From Selaginella moellendorffii (lineage: Eukaryota; Plantae; Lycopodiophyta), in assembly GCF_000143415.4 (NCBI RefSeq), contig NW_003314266.1:3480398-3544397 (forward strand): a stretch of DNA of 64,000 nt, written 5' to 3'. The notes beneath the pieces were generated by a model that saw only the letters and a program-made list of their open reading frames with translations, was not told the DNA's origin and did no database searches. This document shows, in pieces, positions 49,101 to 60,182 of this stretch (positions are counted from its first letter, which is position 1; every line of letters starts with the position of its first letter). A program made the translations under genes and the position numbers.

Positions 49101-52100
49101 ATGGTAAGTCTTTTAGGCCAAGTAGAAAATGGCATGAGGCCACATGCCATTCAGTAGCAACATTGGCATGCACCGATTGGGCTCTCGAGTGCAGTCCGGT
49201 TACAGATGGCGTGTAGCCTCACGCCATCTTAGGATGCAGCCTCAAGACATCTGATGTAGTGGTGAATGGCGTGTGGCCTCACGTTATTTCCAGCTGTTAG
49301 CTTTTCATCTGTCAACTCTAATTGTTGTGCATTTCTGAACAGGCGAGGAATTGCGTTCTTCTTCCAGCCACTGTCAATGTGGATGCAGAGAAGGGGGAGG
49401 AGCTCACCAGTTGGACTTTCGGGATGGAAGGCAAGGATCTGATGCTGTACAACACAGATGGTGGGAGAAAAGAATGCATGGGGATCCTCATCCAAGTGAC
49501 AGACACTCCATGCAGTTCCATGCAAGAATATGGACTGGCACTTATGGTAGAGACAGCGTCCGCCTTCAAGATCCACCTTGCACATCCTAGCGGCTTCCCG
49601 GAGGGGGGCAACAGCTATGAGGAATTCCTAGAGGGAGCTAGGGAGAGGTTGTCCAGGAGGCCCACAATTTCAAAGACGCTGCGGGTCTATGAAGATCACA
49701 TGGAATCCACGGACCTCACCTACGGCAATGTTCAAAAACTATATTCCAACATTGAGCCGTTGAGAGTGCCTCTAGTTCGCGAAGCGAAGGGGAAGGGGGT
49801 CGATCTGGAAACTACCCCGAAGCAGAAAAGGGTGGTCAAGCTCAAGCCAACGTCCGACTCTGCTGCTCCAAAAAAGAAGCTACTCGGTGATGCCATTGCC
49901 TCGGGTTCGAACATTACACCCACCAAAAAGAAGAGCCGCAAAGAGCAGAAAGAGCAAGAAGAGGCAGCAAAAATCGTCGCAAATAATAGTACTTGTTACT
50001 ATTCCAACAAAGTATATACAATCGACGTGAGCCGTATCGACATCCAAAGCAAATACAACCACAGGCTAGTATCTGATGAGTGGGTGGAGAAACTGAAGCA
50101 GAAGATGCTGGCAAGTCCAGTAACACCCGACATCGCAGACGTGATCCCCTACTACCGAACAATGAAGGGCGAGACGAGGTTTCCAGACTTGATCAATAGG
50201 AAGGTGTTGGACGATCAGAACATCCGGTTCTATGCCGTCTCCGGGCAGCATTCTAGCTTGGCGATGCAAGAGATAGTTGTGGATATTATGGTGGGCGAGG
50301 AGGTGAAGAAAGTCTTCAAGACAAGAGTTGTCCGCCTGATAAAAGGCAACTCGCCCCTCCGATCTATCATATACATCTCCCACGCGCAGAATGTCAAGCA
50401 AGAAACGTGCTACAAATCAGGTCTGCACGAGACATTGGCACGAACACGGAAGCTCTAGGTTCAACTGAAGAAGCTACAAAAACCAGGACAAGGACGTGCA
50501 CTAGCAACTAGCGCCTGGCAGGTAAGCCTCGTTGCATGTGGCATAGCATGTGGCCTCACGCCATTTCCATTGCAGGAATTCTCGAGTCTTCTCTCGAAAA
50601 CACTGGGGGTCAATAACACACTCAGCATCCATAACATTCTACTGGCGACAAAAGTTGTTTTTGACAAATGGGTAGATGTGCTGAGGAGGTACCATGACGG
50701 GGAGTTGCTAAACTCAATGGGTGTGGAGGACGGCCAGAAGCCCAATGATTTGAAGCTCAACGCCTTGCGTTTCTCGCGGTCTCTAGACGACGACGACCTT
50801 CTGACAGTGGCTAATGCTCTTCTACGTGGTGAGGTAGTCTTCAACAAGACCAAAATGACTCCCGGCCATATTGTGACATACGAGGACTTGTGCATGACTC
50901 TGAGAGCTCGTGCGCTATTGAAGGATTGGATCTTCGAGCAAGTGGCCGTGGAGAGGGTGAGCATCGACACCACGCAAGAGATGATGGAAGAGCTAGACTT
51001 GTCAAATGAAGACATCGACGAGTACGTGAAGGGGGCCCCCAAGTTCATCGATCTGCTGTGGGATGCCACGAAAAGTAAAGCTGAGAAGTTGGATCAGTAT
51101 CCAAATTTCATTAAGAGGGATGTCGACCGCCGGCTTCAGAAACAGCTCGACCCCGCAGCAGAGGCCTATCGAGAACCTTACCGGGTATACGTGAATTCGG
51201 ATGAGGATCAAAGGTGGAGGAGCATCGTTTCCCGCGGAGATGAGCAGGTCAAGAACATCTTTTGTGTGATGGACTTCACAAACGAAGAGATCACTCATGC
51301 AGACGAAGTCAGCTCCATCATTGACTTAATGGTGGGACTTGCGGAGGTGGAATCTTCAGTCCACTATATGATCTACGACTCCGAATCCTATCACAAGTTC
51401 TGGAAGGCCTTGAACGAGATGAAGGCTCGGTTGAAAGGCAAGGAGATGCGGGAGATCCATGGGATAATGGCTAAGAAGAAGATACCGACGAATGTCCGCA
51501 TCTTCATACTCGCCCTTGTTATTAGTCTTGCAGCAGAGTGGGACTGGAGTGACTTCCCAGCTTCGTTCGACAAGGCCGATCGAATTGATCTGAGGGAGGT
51601 CAATTTACCCGTGCCTGAGGAACTGAAGACGGCTATGGAGCTTTCGAATCCAAAGAAAGCTCCAGGTGCAGCATGGGAAATGCTCAATTGGGTCTTCAAC
51701 GCAATAGCGGGTGACTCCAAGGGCAAATGCGTTGTCGAGTACAACTGCGGCGGACTATTCTTTTGAGCCGCACTACTCAAGGGTGTCCCGTGTGTTGCGG
51801 TGACAAACTCCATTGAAGAGGTGACTTCAATGGAGCATATAATTACAGTTGCCAAAGAAAAACAGTATCTTCTCTGCGAACCTAGTGAGTACGCACTTTA
51901 AGTTTAAATGTTATCTCACAAGTTCTGTATGCAGAAGCATGGCCACCCCCAGATATTGAAACGGCGTTAACAGCTATTGATGTTAGGCCGAGCTCACAAC
52001 CTGCACAAGGTAAGGTCACGTGAGGCCTCACGCCATTTTGATTATAGATCGTTGTGAATATTCAGACACGAGGACTAAAAAGCGCACTGGTGGCGCGTCG

Positions 52101-52335
52101 AAGAAGGACAAACAGACAAGCAATAGGAAAAAAGGAGGTACAAATTATATTTGCAATGGTGTGTGGTCTCATGCCATTCCTTGCAGGAGACACTTCTTCA
52201 AAGGCAAAACAGGCAAGCACCAGCCAAGCTCAAACTGACAGTGGTCATAAAAAGCGAAAGCACGTTGGACAGTCGTCGGGATTAGAGGCGTTTGATTCGA
52301 AAAGGAAGAAGGGCCTACGCTCTTACGCGGGGTAG
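49101..52335 (+). pseudogene. Six-exon gene of about 928 aa with ParB/Srx-like domain and degenerate methyltransferase-like C-terminal fold; two premature stops
   Basis: Exons 49101-49103, 49343-50521, 50576-51884, 51935-52009, 52066-52137 and 52187-52335 join in frame through GT-AG introns. Stops at 50456 (TAG) and 51764 (TGA). Motifs YNHRLVSDEWVEKLKQKM, FYAVSGQHSSLAM and GKCVVEYNCGG...AALLKGVPCVAV; Lys-rich NLS-like tracts. Confidence 0.7.
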
Positions 52336-52349
52336 TGCTTGAGGGGGGA

Positions 52350-52822
52350 TAGCCTACGCTCACCATGGCTACGGCATCGAGACGCTCTGGTTCTACCGTC
52401 TCTTTGAGCTCCATGGCTACAAACCGCTGGAGCCGACTTTCCTGTGTGTGTTCTTGGCGTGCGGCCACGCCGGCCTCGTCGACGAGTGTAAGTGGTACTT
52501 CCAGTCGATGATCGAGGACAGGATCACTCCAACTTTTGATCACTACTCGAGCGTTGTGACGGTTCTATCGCGCGCTGGGAAGCTGGAGGAGGCTGAGGAT
52601 TTGCTCCACAGCATGCCGTTTAATCCTGGCAGCATGGGGTGGACGAGCTTGCTGGGGGCGTGTAGAACTCACGGGGATTTGAAGCGGGCTAGGAGAGCGG
52701 CGGACGAGGCTATGGAGCTGGATCGACATGACAGTGCTCCATACGTGCTGCTCTCCAACGTTAACATCTCTGCTGCGTCGGGGTGTCTGCACAGGAAAAC
52801 CAAGCACAATCATCCTAAGTAA
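52350..52822 (+). pseudogene. 3' part of a PLS-E class PPR gene
   Basis: ACGHAGLVDECKWYFQSM..HYSSVVTVLSRAGKLEEAEDLLHSMPFNPG..WTSLLGACRTHGD..APYVLLSN. Confidence 0.92.
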
Positions 52823-52854
52823 AGAAGGATAAAAGTTTTGTGAGCTAGGGTTCT

Positions 52855-54000
52855 ATGGCGGTGCCGTGGGCGCAAGAGCTTGTTGTTGCGAATCTCTCGA
52901 CGCCTGCATGCAAGCTGTCGGATCCGGATGAAGAAGCGGCATTCTCTGCCCGGCTATCCACGACATGGGCGCCAGCCCCGGATAGCGCCCCATCTCCTGG
53001 ATCGTCGTCTGGCCCAATAAGCGCGGCAGCGGCAGCGGCAGCCCCATCCTCATCTCCGATGAGTGTGTCATCGCCCTTCTTGGCCCCATCTCCAAGCCCC
53101 GCCCCGGTAAGCACGGCAACGAATTTCACAGCCCCAAGATCCTCCTCACCACCAGCAGTGAGCGTCCCTTTCTCCTCCTCACCAGCAGCAGCCCCATCTC
53201 CAAGTTTCTCTGCCTCATCTCCACCAGCAGTGAGCGTCCCTTTCTCCTCCTCACCAGCAGCAGCCCCATCTCCAAGTTTCTCTGCCTCATCTCCACCATC
53301 CTCGAGCGTGCCATCGACTGCCTCTTCCTCCACGCCCTCTATAGGTCCTGCCCCATTGCTATCGAAGCCCCCTCCAGTAATTCCAGTAATTGTGGGAGGC
53401 TCTGGTGGCAGCGACAGTGGCAGTGGTGGCGATATCGGCGGCGGCGGTGGTGGTATCGCAGGTGTTGGTGGTATTGTAGGTGGTGGTGGTGGTGGTGGTA
53501 TCGCAGGTGGTGGTGGTGGAAGTGAGGATGAGAGTGATCACGAGACTCCATTATCGATGGTGCCTCCACCTTCGCCTCCACCACCTCCCCCTCCAGTTTG
53601 GGAGACATGGGATTGGGGTAGTGAAGAGCCATGGTTGGAATCACCTACAGAAATCGTACCGCTAGACCATTTCTAACACCACCTTCAACAGTGTCCAGCA
53701 CCATCTCCAACACCAGAGTCTCCACCTTCGATAGTACCATCTCTAGCCCAAGGTCCAGCAGTTCCGGCATCAGCTCCAGCAATACCTCCAGAGTTTTATC
53801 TAGCATTACCTCTAGAGTTTCATCCAACTCCGGCACCACTGGCACCAGCTTTGGCACTGCGCCGAGCACTAGCTCCAGCACCAGCCCGGGGACAACCAGT
53901 GTTGGAGGTATTTCCTATACCTCTATTTCCATTGTTGCCACTCATGTTGCTTATTGCATTGTTGTGGACGTGGGCATATGGAAAACTTAGAAAGCACTAA
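52855..54000 (+). pseudogene. Pro/Ser/Gly-rich membrane-anchored protein (one premature TAA at 53674)
   Basis: SPAP/APSPS repeats, Gly run and VWETWDWGSEEPWLESPT; the same frame continues to the TM tail FPIPLFPLLPLMLLIALLWTWAYGKLRKH*. Confidence 0.8.
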
Positions 54001-54029
54001 AAATTCTGCACTAAAAACTGCTGGTGACT

Positions 54030-54790
54030 CCATTCCATCTGTTTGTAGACCTCTCGGTTCCTGCCATGTTAAGTGTAGGCCACAGTCAAAGCATGAACTC
54101 TGTCCATGTCAAGTTTGTTGTACATGCTAACGAGAGCACATTCTTGTTGGAGTCGAAGCACTTGAGGCTTGATCCCGAGTTTTGGCAGCTGGAGCAGCGA
54201 TCATAGTGTTCTAGGAGACCACACTCTTGTCAAACACAGCTGCCTCCCAGATATCACAGCAAGTTCGCTCCCAGCAGTCTTGTGCTTCGAAAACCTCGCT
54301 GGGCCGACTCTCCCAAACTTGCCATACATGATCACGATGGCAGTGGTGGCTTCTCTTTCCAACCTCTCGATGATCCAGCAGCAAACTTCAACAAGCATTG
54401 AAAACCCTGGCAAAGGTGACTTCCTCTCGAAGAGCACTTTCTCGGCCTCTCCTTGCCGAGCACAAGCAGCGATCCAGGAGGACCACGTTCTTGTCAAACA
54501 CAGCCGCCTAGAGCACCGTGCTCACAAGTGCGATCTGTTATGCCCGCTCTGGGCATATGTAGTGATCATCGAGTTCCACCATTTCACATCGTTGTTCTCG
54601 ATCTGATCGAAGACCTCTCTAGCCTCTCGCAGCCTCCCACAGGGGGCAAACAGCATGAAGTTGGCGGGATTCAAGCCCAACGAGCGCTGATCATGCCTGC
54701 TCTTGGAGAATGCCGCGATGATGAAGTTCCAGCAGTGGTTCTTCGGACGTATGCGCGTCCGGGCTGGCGCATTTGCCATACGTCTGGAGG
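54030..54790 (-). pseudogene. PPR gene remnants
   Basis: WNFIIAAFSKSRHD..CGRLREAREVFDQIENNDVKWWNSMITTYAQSGH; paralog of 7840-8585 and 11000-11760. Confidence 0.85.
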
Positions 54791-54883
54791 AGAATATACC
54801 TGTTTTATATGAAGCATATTCTTGGTTGTCTTTTCCTTTTCATTTGGGGCATATAATCCTTACATTGGCCTAGGTTGCGCAGG

Positions 54884-55837
54884 ATGACGCTTCTACCGGT
54901 GAGAATCTTGTGGCAGATTTTATCGCGTCTAGATAATCGAAGTGCAGTGCGTGCAAGCCGCGTGTGTAAGGCATGGAGAGAAATCGTTCAATCACCAGAC
55001 TTCAAATCTAGAGCTACAATGGATTCGGGGGTTTGGATTCTCACGTATGTTAACGACGCTCTCAAAGCTTGGTGTCCACTCTCAGGTTCCTTCTTGGATG
55101 ACCCGTTCCCAGATTTCAAGGATCATTACCAAGTTTTGGGTACTAACCAAGGCATGGTGTTCTTACGTTCTAGAACAAAGCTTTATGTTGGTAATCCTGT
55201 GCTCATGCAATGGGAGGAACTGCCTGCCATTGACAAAATGCTTTTCAACACAGATTCTCAGATGAATGACGGGATTTTAAGCTCTAGAATAGAGCTATGC
55301 TCTGAGAGGGAAAGATATGTAATTATTGTTATCAACAAGTGTTTCCGGGATAACGCTGTGATGTATACCCCTGACTTGAGGCGGTGGCGCACCTGTCCAT
55401 TCTATTGTTTTCAGACAGTGGGTCATGAATGGAGAATTTCAGAACAAAAGGAGATAAGGAGTTACCCTAGGGACTTCTATTATGAGGGGCGAAGAATGCT
55501 TGAGGTCATTGCGAAGAAAGAGTTTAGCATTTGGGAAGAGCGTGATGCATCAACACCAAAAGCATCTGATCTTAGTTTCAAGAGGATATTTTATCCAGAT
55601 CCAAATGAATGGAAATTGTTAACAAAAGTTGCCGTAGCTAAGCGGGAAGAATATGAGAAGCACACTATCGGAAGCTTGAGGTGTTTCTGGTCCAAGAAAG
55701 CTTGCCCAAAACTTCGCCCTTTTGTTGTGGATTTGGAAACTATGATTTCATATGTCTTCCCCCGAAAACACACACGTGACAAATTTTCCAGCATTGTCTT
55801 TGTTTTGATTGGAAACACCATTCCAATTCCAAAGTGA
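54884..55837 (+). CDS. Intronless F-box protein
   Basis: MTLLPVRILWQILSRL...RASRVCKAWREIV; full-length open paralog of 22085-23041. Confidence 0.9.
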   Translation: MTLLPVRILWQILSRLDNRSAVRASRVCKAWREIVQSPDFKSRATMDSGVWILTYVNDALKAWCPLSGSFLDDPFPDFKDHYQVLGTNQGMVFLRSRTKLYVGNPVLMQWEELPAIDKMLFNTDSQMNDGILSSRIELCSERERYVIIVINKCFRDNAVMYTPDLRRWRTCPFYCFQTVGHEWRISEQKEIRSYPRDFYYEGRRMLEVIAKKEFSIWEERDASTPKASDLSFKRIFYPDPNEWKLLTKVAVAKREEYEKHTIGSLRCFWSKKACPKLRPFVVDLETMISYVFPRKHTRDKFSSIVFVLIGNTIPIPK

Positions 55838-57005
55838 AAGAATACTCTTTCATATAAAATAAATTAAGACTCAAACTTGATTATGAATATTAAAAAAGAT
55901 CACGATGAAATTTAATATTTACTATAACTTTTTGAAGAGGGGAAGAGCGGTCCTTCCTCAAGAGGCTGTTCTTGATTAAGTTGCCCACCTGCTTGCTGTT
56001 TAGAATCTTGTTTCACATTAAAACTACAACCATTGGGAATGCACTTGCCATATTTGGGCATCCTACCGTGCTGTGGCTTTGCTTCTTGCAGACATTTTGC
56101 CTGCCACTACCACAACTCTGCTCTGGCTCTCTTCGTAGCCATGCCAATCTCCACCCAGAACTGCCCACCCAACTATGGCTGCATTGTCAACTTGCTGGCT
56201 TGCTCCAGCTATCTCAGCTATACAGAACGGATGAGCCTGGTGGGTGTGCACCAAGTTGTGGAGCGTAATCAGGACATGGGGAATATGTATGCACAAAGAA
56301 AATGGCGCAGCCTTGTGACACTGTGTCTTCAGTCTGAAAAGCACCACAAAATTAATCTAGCGAGATTACTAATAAACCACAAATTTGTTGTGGGAGGCTC
56401 TGGTGAATTTAATCTAGCGAGATTACCCCCTTTCGAAAGTTTTTTGCTCTGGTCCAGCAAACAGGTCGCTAGTGTCATATCTTAGGCGGCTCAAGGTCTA
56501 CATCGACGACGCGCTCGACGAGCCCCCGATCGACAAGATCGTCATCGCGCCTCATGGAAAATCCGCGTGGCTTTCTCGATTGATCCTGGCATGAGCCGCG
56601 CAGCGATCAGGGCATCGGATTGATCAGTTGATCGATGCTCTGCGAGTGATTGCGAGTGAAAGCGTGAAGGATCAAGCAGCATTCGGTAGAAGATCACGGT
56701 TTTCTAGATTGCCTCTCCGTTTCTAGCGAGAGTCCCCCGAGTTCCAGCTCTCTGGCGGGGCAGCTCGCCCGGAGATCTCCTCGAGTGGTCACTAGAGGTG
56801 GAACGCAATGGTCGAGAGGAAATCCTCAAGCAATCCAGCAGCTCGAAAACGCAAGATTCGAGATGGAGAATGCTCTAGGAGCTCTATGCTCATGTTGGAA
56901 GCTGAAACGCCCAGTGGGATGGATGGCAAAATGCCAAATGGAAGATGGAGTTCAATGCCAACCGAGGTCTTGGATGGCAAGATGCCAAATGGAAGATGGA
57001 GCTCA

Positions 57006-57976
57006 ATGTATGTTATCACTATCTTTTTGGTGACGATGTTATGTGTGGTAAATGCTCAAGTCGTGAGATTGCCATTGACTTTGAAAAGTCGGCCTGAATT
57101 TGGGCTTTGGGCCACAATACCTATAAATGGGCTTCCAGTTTCATTTCTTGTGGATACTGGATCAGATGCTCCATTTGTTTTGGATGAACCTGATTTAGAT
57201 AGAATTCGGGGATCATTTCGACAAGCACATGAAATTGAGGGGAAAAATTGTGTTTATTGCACAAACATGGTGGACATTGGGTTAAAGGTCATTTTAAAGA
57301 ATCTCAGTGGCTAGTTGGTAATAAACTAAAGCAAACTAAATTTTTATTAGCTAATGAATGGAGTGGCAAAGGATTAGATGGATCTCGTGGAAGTACGGTG
57401 AAAGCCTTACTGGGTTTTGGACAAAGAGAAGATTCCATAATTAGCCAATGGAAATACGACAGATTTAGTCATTGGTATAATGGTGATCGAGGTGAAATAG
57501 TCTTTGGGGTATCTGGACATCCTAAAGGTGCTGTTATCATTAAATTGGCTAATGCTGATACTGTTTACAAAACGCAAGTATATGATTCGGAATCTATCGC
57601 TGTGAATTTGAATATTCCATGGGACACGGGAACTGAAAACACATGGTTCGACAGTAAATTGTACGGATTAATTGCCAGGAAGATGCTTTCTGCGATAAGT
57701 GATATATATTTCAACAAAACACTTAACACGGCATGCTCTCCTAAAATGGCATTTAATTTGCAATTACCACCCATACAAATTGATCTTGGACAAGGAATTT
57801 TAAAAATTCCAAAATCAAGCTATATGTCACCTATTGATGGAGTGGGATTATGTGTGAATTTTAGATTGGATGAAGGAAGAAAACCAATAAATATTATTGG
57901 TTTGTCTTTTTTGAAAAATTTGAGAGGTACATACGATTTAAGGTCACGAACTATGTCTTACATTCAAGAAATGTAA
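57006..57976 (+). pseudogene. Second atypical aspartic protease, frameshifted
   Basis: Signal peptide MYVITIFLVTMLCVVNA; FLVDTGSD and PWDTGTENT; deletion of about 10 bp at about 57268 relative to 27051-28040. Confidence 0.9.
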
Positions 57977-58779
57977 AACTATATATATCCTTAAAACGAA
58001 CAGGAAAATTTCCCTCACCTAAGCTTTACCTATGAAGGCAGAGTTAGAGGTGAGGCTGATAAAAGAAGGGGAGAAAAATAACGGAGGAAGCCCAGCCAAA
58101 CCTGCTTGCCAGTAGACCCGCCTCAGACCCATTTCTCAAAAGCTCAAATTCTTGTGGAATTCTTCATAAGTTCAGGGTCTGATATAGGTTTTGGTGCTGG
58201 AACTTCACTTCCCTGCTTGTTTTCCAGCGCGTTGGCACTCCATTGCCAAGCTCGCACTGCCGACAGTGAGCTCGCGAGCCGTGAGTCCATGGGTATTTCT
58301 GAGTTCTCTTTTAAAAGCTGTGATCACCAGCTCTGGAAAATCTCACTCGATAAGGAAAGGCCATGCCTTGCCGAGCTCCAAATCGTTGGCATTGAAACAG
58401 GCGCTCAGAATGCTGGTGAGCTTCCGGTGACTTTCTAGCTGTTACTCACGTTTTCTTATTTTGGCGTTTTGGTTGGGGAAGGGGACTGCGCGAAGGCCGT
58501 GGGAATCCAGAGCTCATCGTTCTTTTATCCATAACTGAGACCAGCATACGGAGGTCCCCCTCACGGAGATCAAGCGTTGCACGCCTGCTTGTAGAACTCA
58601 AGAGCTGCCGGTATTTTCTAGGGCTTATAGTAGGAATATGCTTATAATTTTTAACTATAATTATTCGTTCAGAATATCACATGAAATGTCTTTGACATTC
58701 AGTCAGTTTTTTTCAATGGTGCATTTATATCCGCAATAATTGAATCAGCTAATAACATTTATGATAATAGTCCATATTA

Positions 58780-60182
58780 TTCTGGATTTTCATTTACAAC
58801 AAGCCGTCGTTCGGCCCAAAAAGTTGCTGGCACCTTGTTGAATTGAAGCATGGCATTGGCTGCTTCAATCAGGGTTCGGTTTTTCCTCTCTGATACGCCG
58901 TTTTGCTGCGGAGTATGGTGCGGTTTGCTTTCGCTGGATTCCATGCATTTTGAGAAACATGGAAAACTCTCGAGACATGTATTGGCCACCCAACTTCTTG
59001 CCCATTTGGTCGGCAAAAGTTTTAAACGTATCAAGAGCTTGCGACTTAGTTTTGAAGAAGAATGCAAAAGTCTTGCGACTGAGATCATCAATAAACGTGA
59101 TGAAAAATCGAAAACCGCCATATGAGAGCTGGTCCCCATATATCACTATGAACAAGCTCAAGAATTTTCAGTGGTGCCAGTGGCTCCAGACTTGGGAAAA
59201 CGTGTGTGAATCTGCTTCCCGAGTTGGCATCCCTCGCAAAAGGGTATGTGCGACTGGGTCACCAGCTCAGAATCGATGTCATCAACCAGCTGCTGCTTGC
59301 CTAATTGGACAATCCGGTTTGGACTTGCGCGTGACTGTCGAGGCAGCAAAAGTGAGGAACTTGTGAGGGCGTTCTTCCACTTCTGCTGAAGGCCCATCCC
59401 AGGTGGTGGTTCAGCAATCTGGAGAAATCCCTGTACCAATGCTGCCAAATCCAGACCATGTAGAAGCTCCTGTCGTGGCTCTACCCTCGGGTGCGTCTCA
59501 TCGAGAGTCGACACCATGTTAAAGATATTCCTGAGAGCTTGGTGGCACCCTTGCTCGCTGGTGTGGAGCTCCCAGAAATTCCACACGATGCAGAAGCGAT
59601 GGCATCTCCTGATTGCGAGCAGTCGTCAAGCGTTTGATAATCCGTTCCTCAAGAACAGGTTGGTGTCTAAAGCTCCTCCTGCAGGAAATTGGTGCGATCC
59701 ATGTCGATCCCAACGATAAATCCAGACAACACAAGCTCACACTACAAGGCGATGCTCGTGGCCAAGGGCTATTCGCAAGAAGCATCTCCCACTCTCTTGT
59801 AGTAAAGATTGGGTCGTTCTTGCTCTGGAAAATCTTTAAGTAGAAAGTCAAGGAATATCGAGTTCCAGGCAAAGAGCACTACGTTTGGAAACTCTCAATA
59901 ACAAGAAGTTTGACGGCTGTTGCATGTAGATTTCTTCCTCAAGGTTGCCGTTCAAGAAGGCGGTTTTAACAAACATTTGATGGATGTGCCAGTTTTTTGC
60001 AGCCAGTAGTGTGCATATGGTGGTCGGTGCAAACGTATCTGTGTAGTCAATCCCTATTGCGGTCTATGTCGACGACTCGTTGCTCGTTTGCAACACCTCC
60101 GAATTTCTTGCTGAGATCAAACAGGTATTACCCTCATGGACTAAGTCAGCCCCAGTGACTAGATCCTGGTGGCGATGCCTTG
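58780..60182 (-). mobile_element. Scrambled Ty1/copia fragments
   Basis: Integrase TPQQNGVSERKNRTLIE, FFITFIDDLSRK, CEGCQLGKQ; RT GIDYTDTFAP..HQMFVKTAFLNGNLEEEIYM (-, 59925-60056); VYVDD piece on + (60062-60130). Confidence 0.88.

Larger units (their letters stand above)
42522..52178. repeat. Dispersed 24-bp palindrome family AATGGCRTGWGGCCWCAYGCCATT (over 20 copies)
   Basis: Clear copies start at 42522, 42611, 43211, 43371, 43517, 46310, 46380, 46478, 47091, 48022, 48260, 49128, 49205, 49265, 50542, 52014 and 52155. Degenerate copies at about 43021, 43135, 47166, 48102 and 48396; partial copy at 44859. Confidence 0.95.
42200..52349. mobile_element. Large Sola-like DNA transposon remnant with accessory gene(s); ends not identified
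   Basis: Transposase pseudogene, divergent accessory gene and a shared palindrome family across the whole span; abrupt junction to a PPR fragment at about 52350. No TIR or TSD found by eye. Confidence 0.65.

Noticed and set aside
42522-52178. CRISPR-like interpretation of the repeated palindrome
   Set aside because: Spacing is irregular (tens to thousands of bp), copies lie in spliceosomal introns, there are no cas genes, and the context is eukaryotic.
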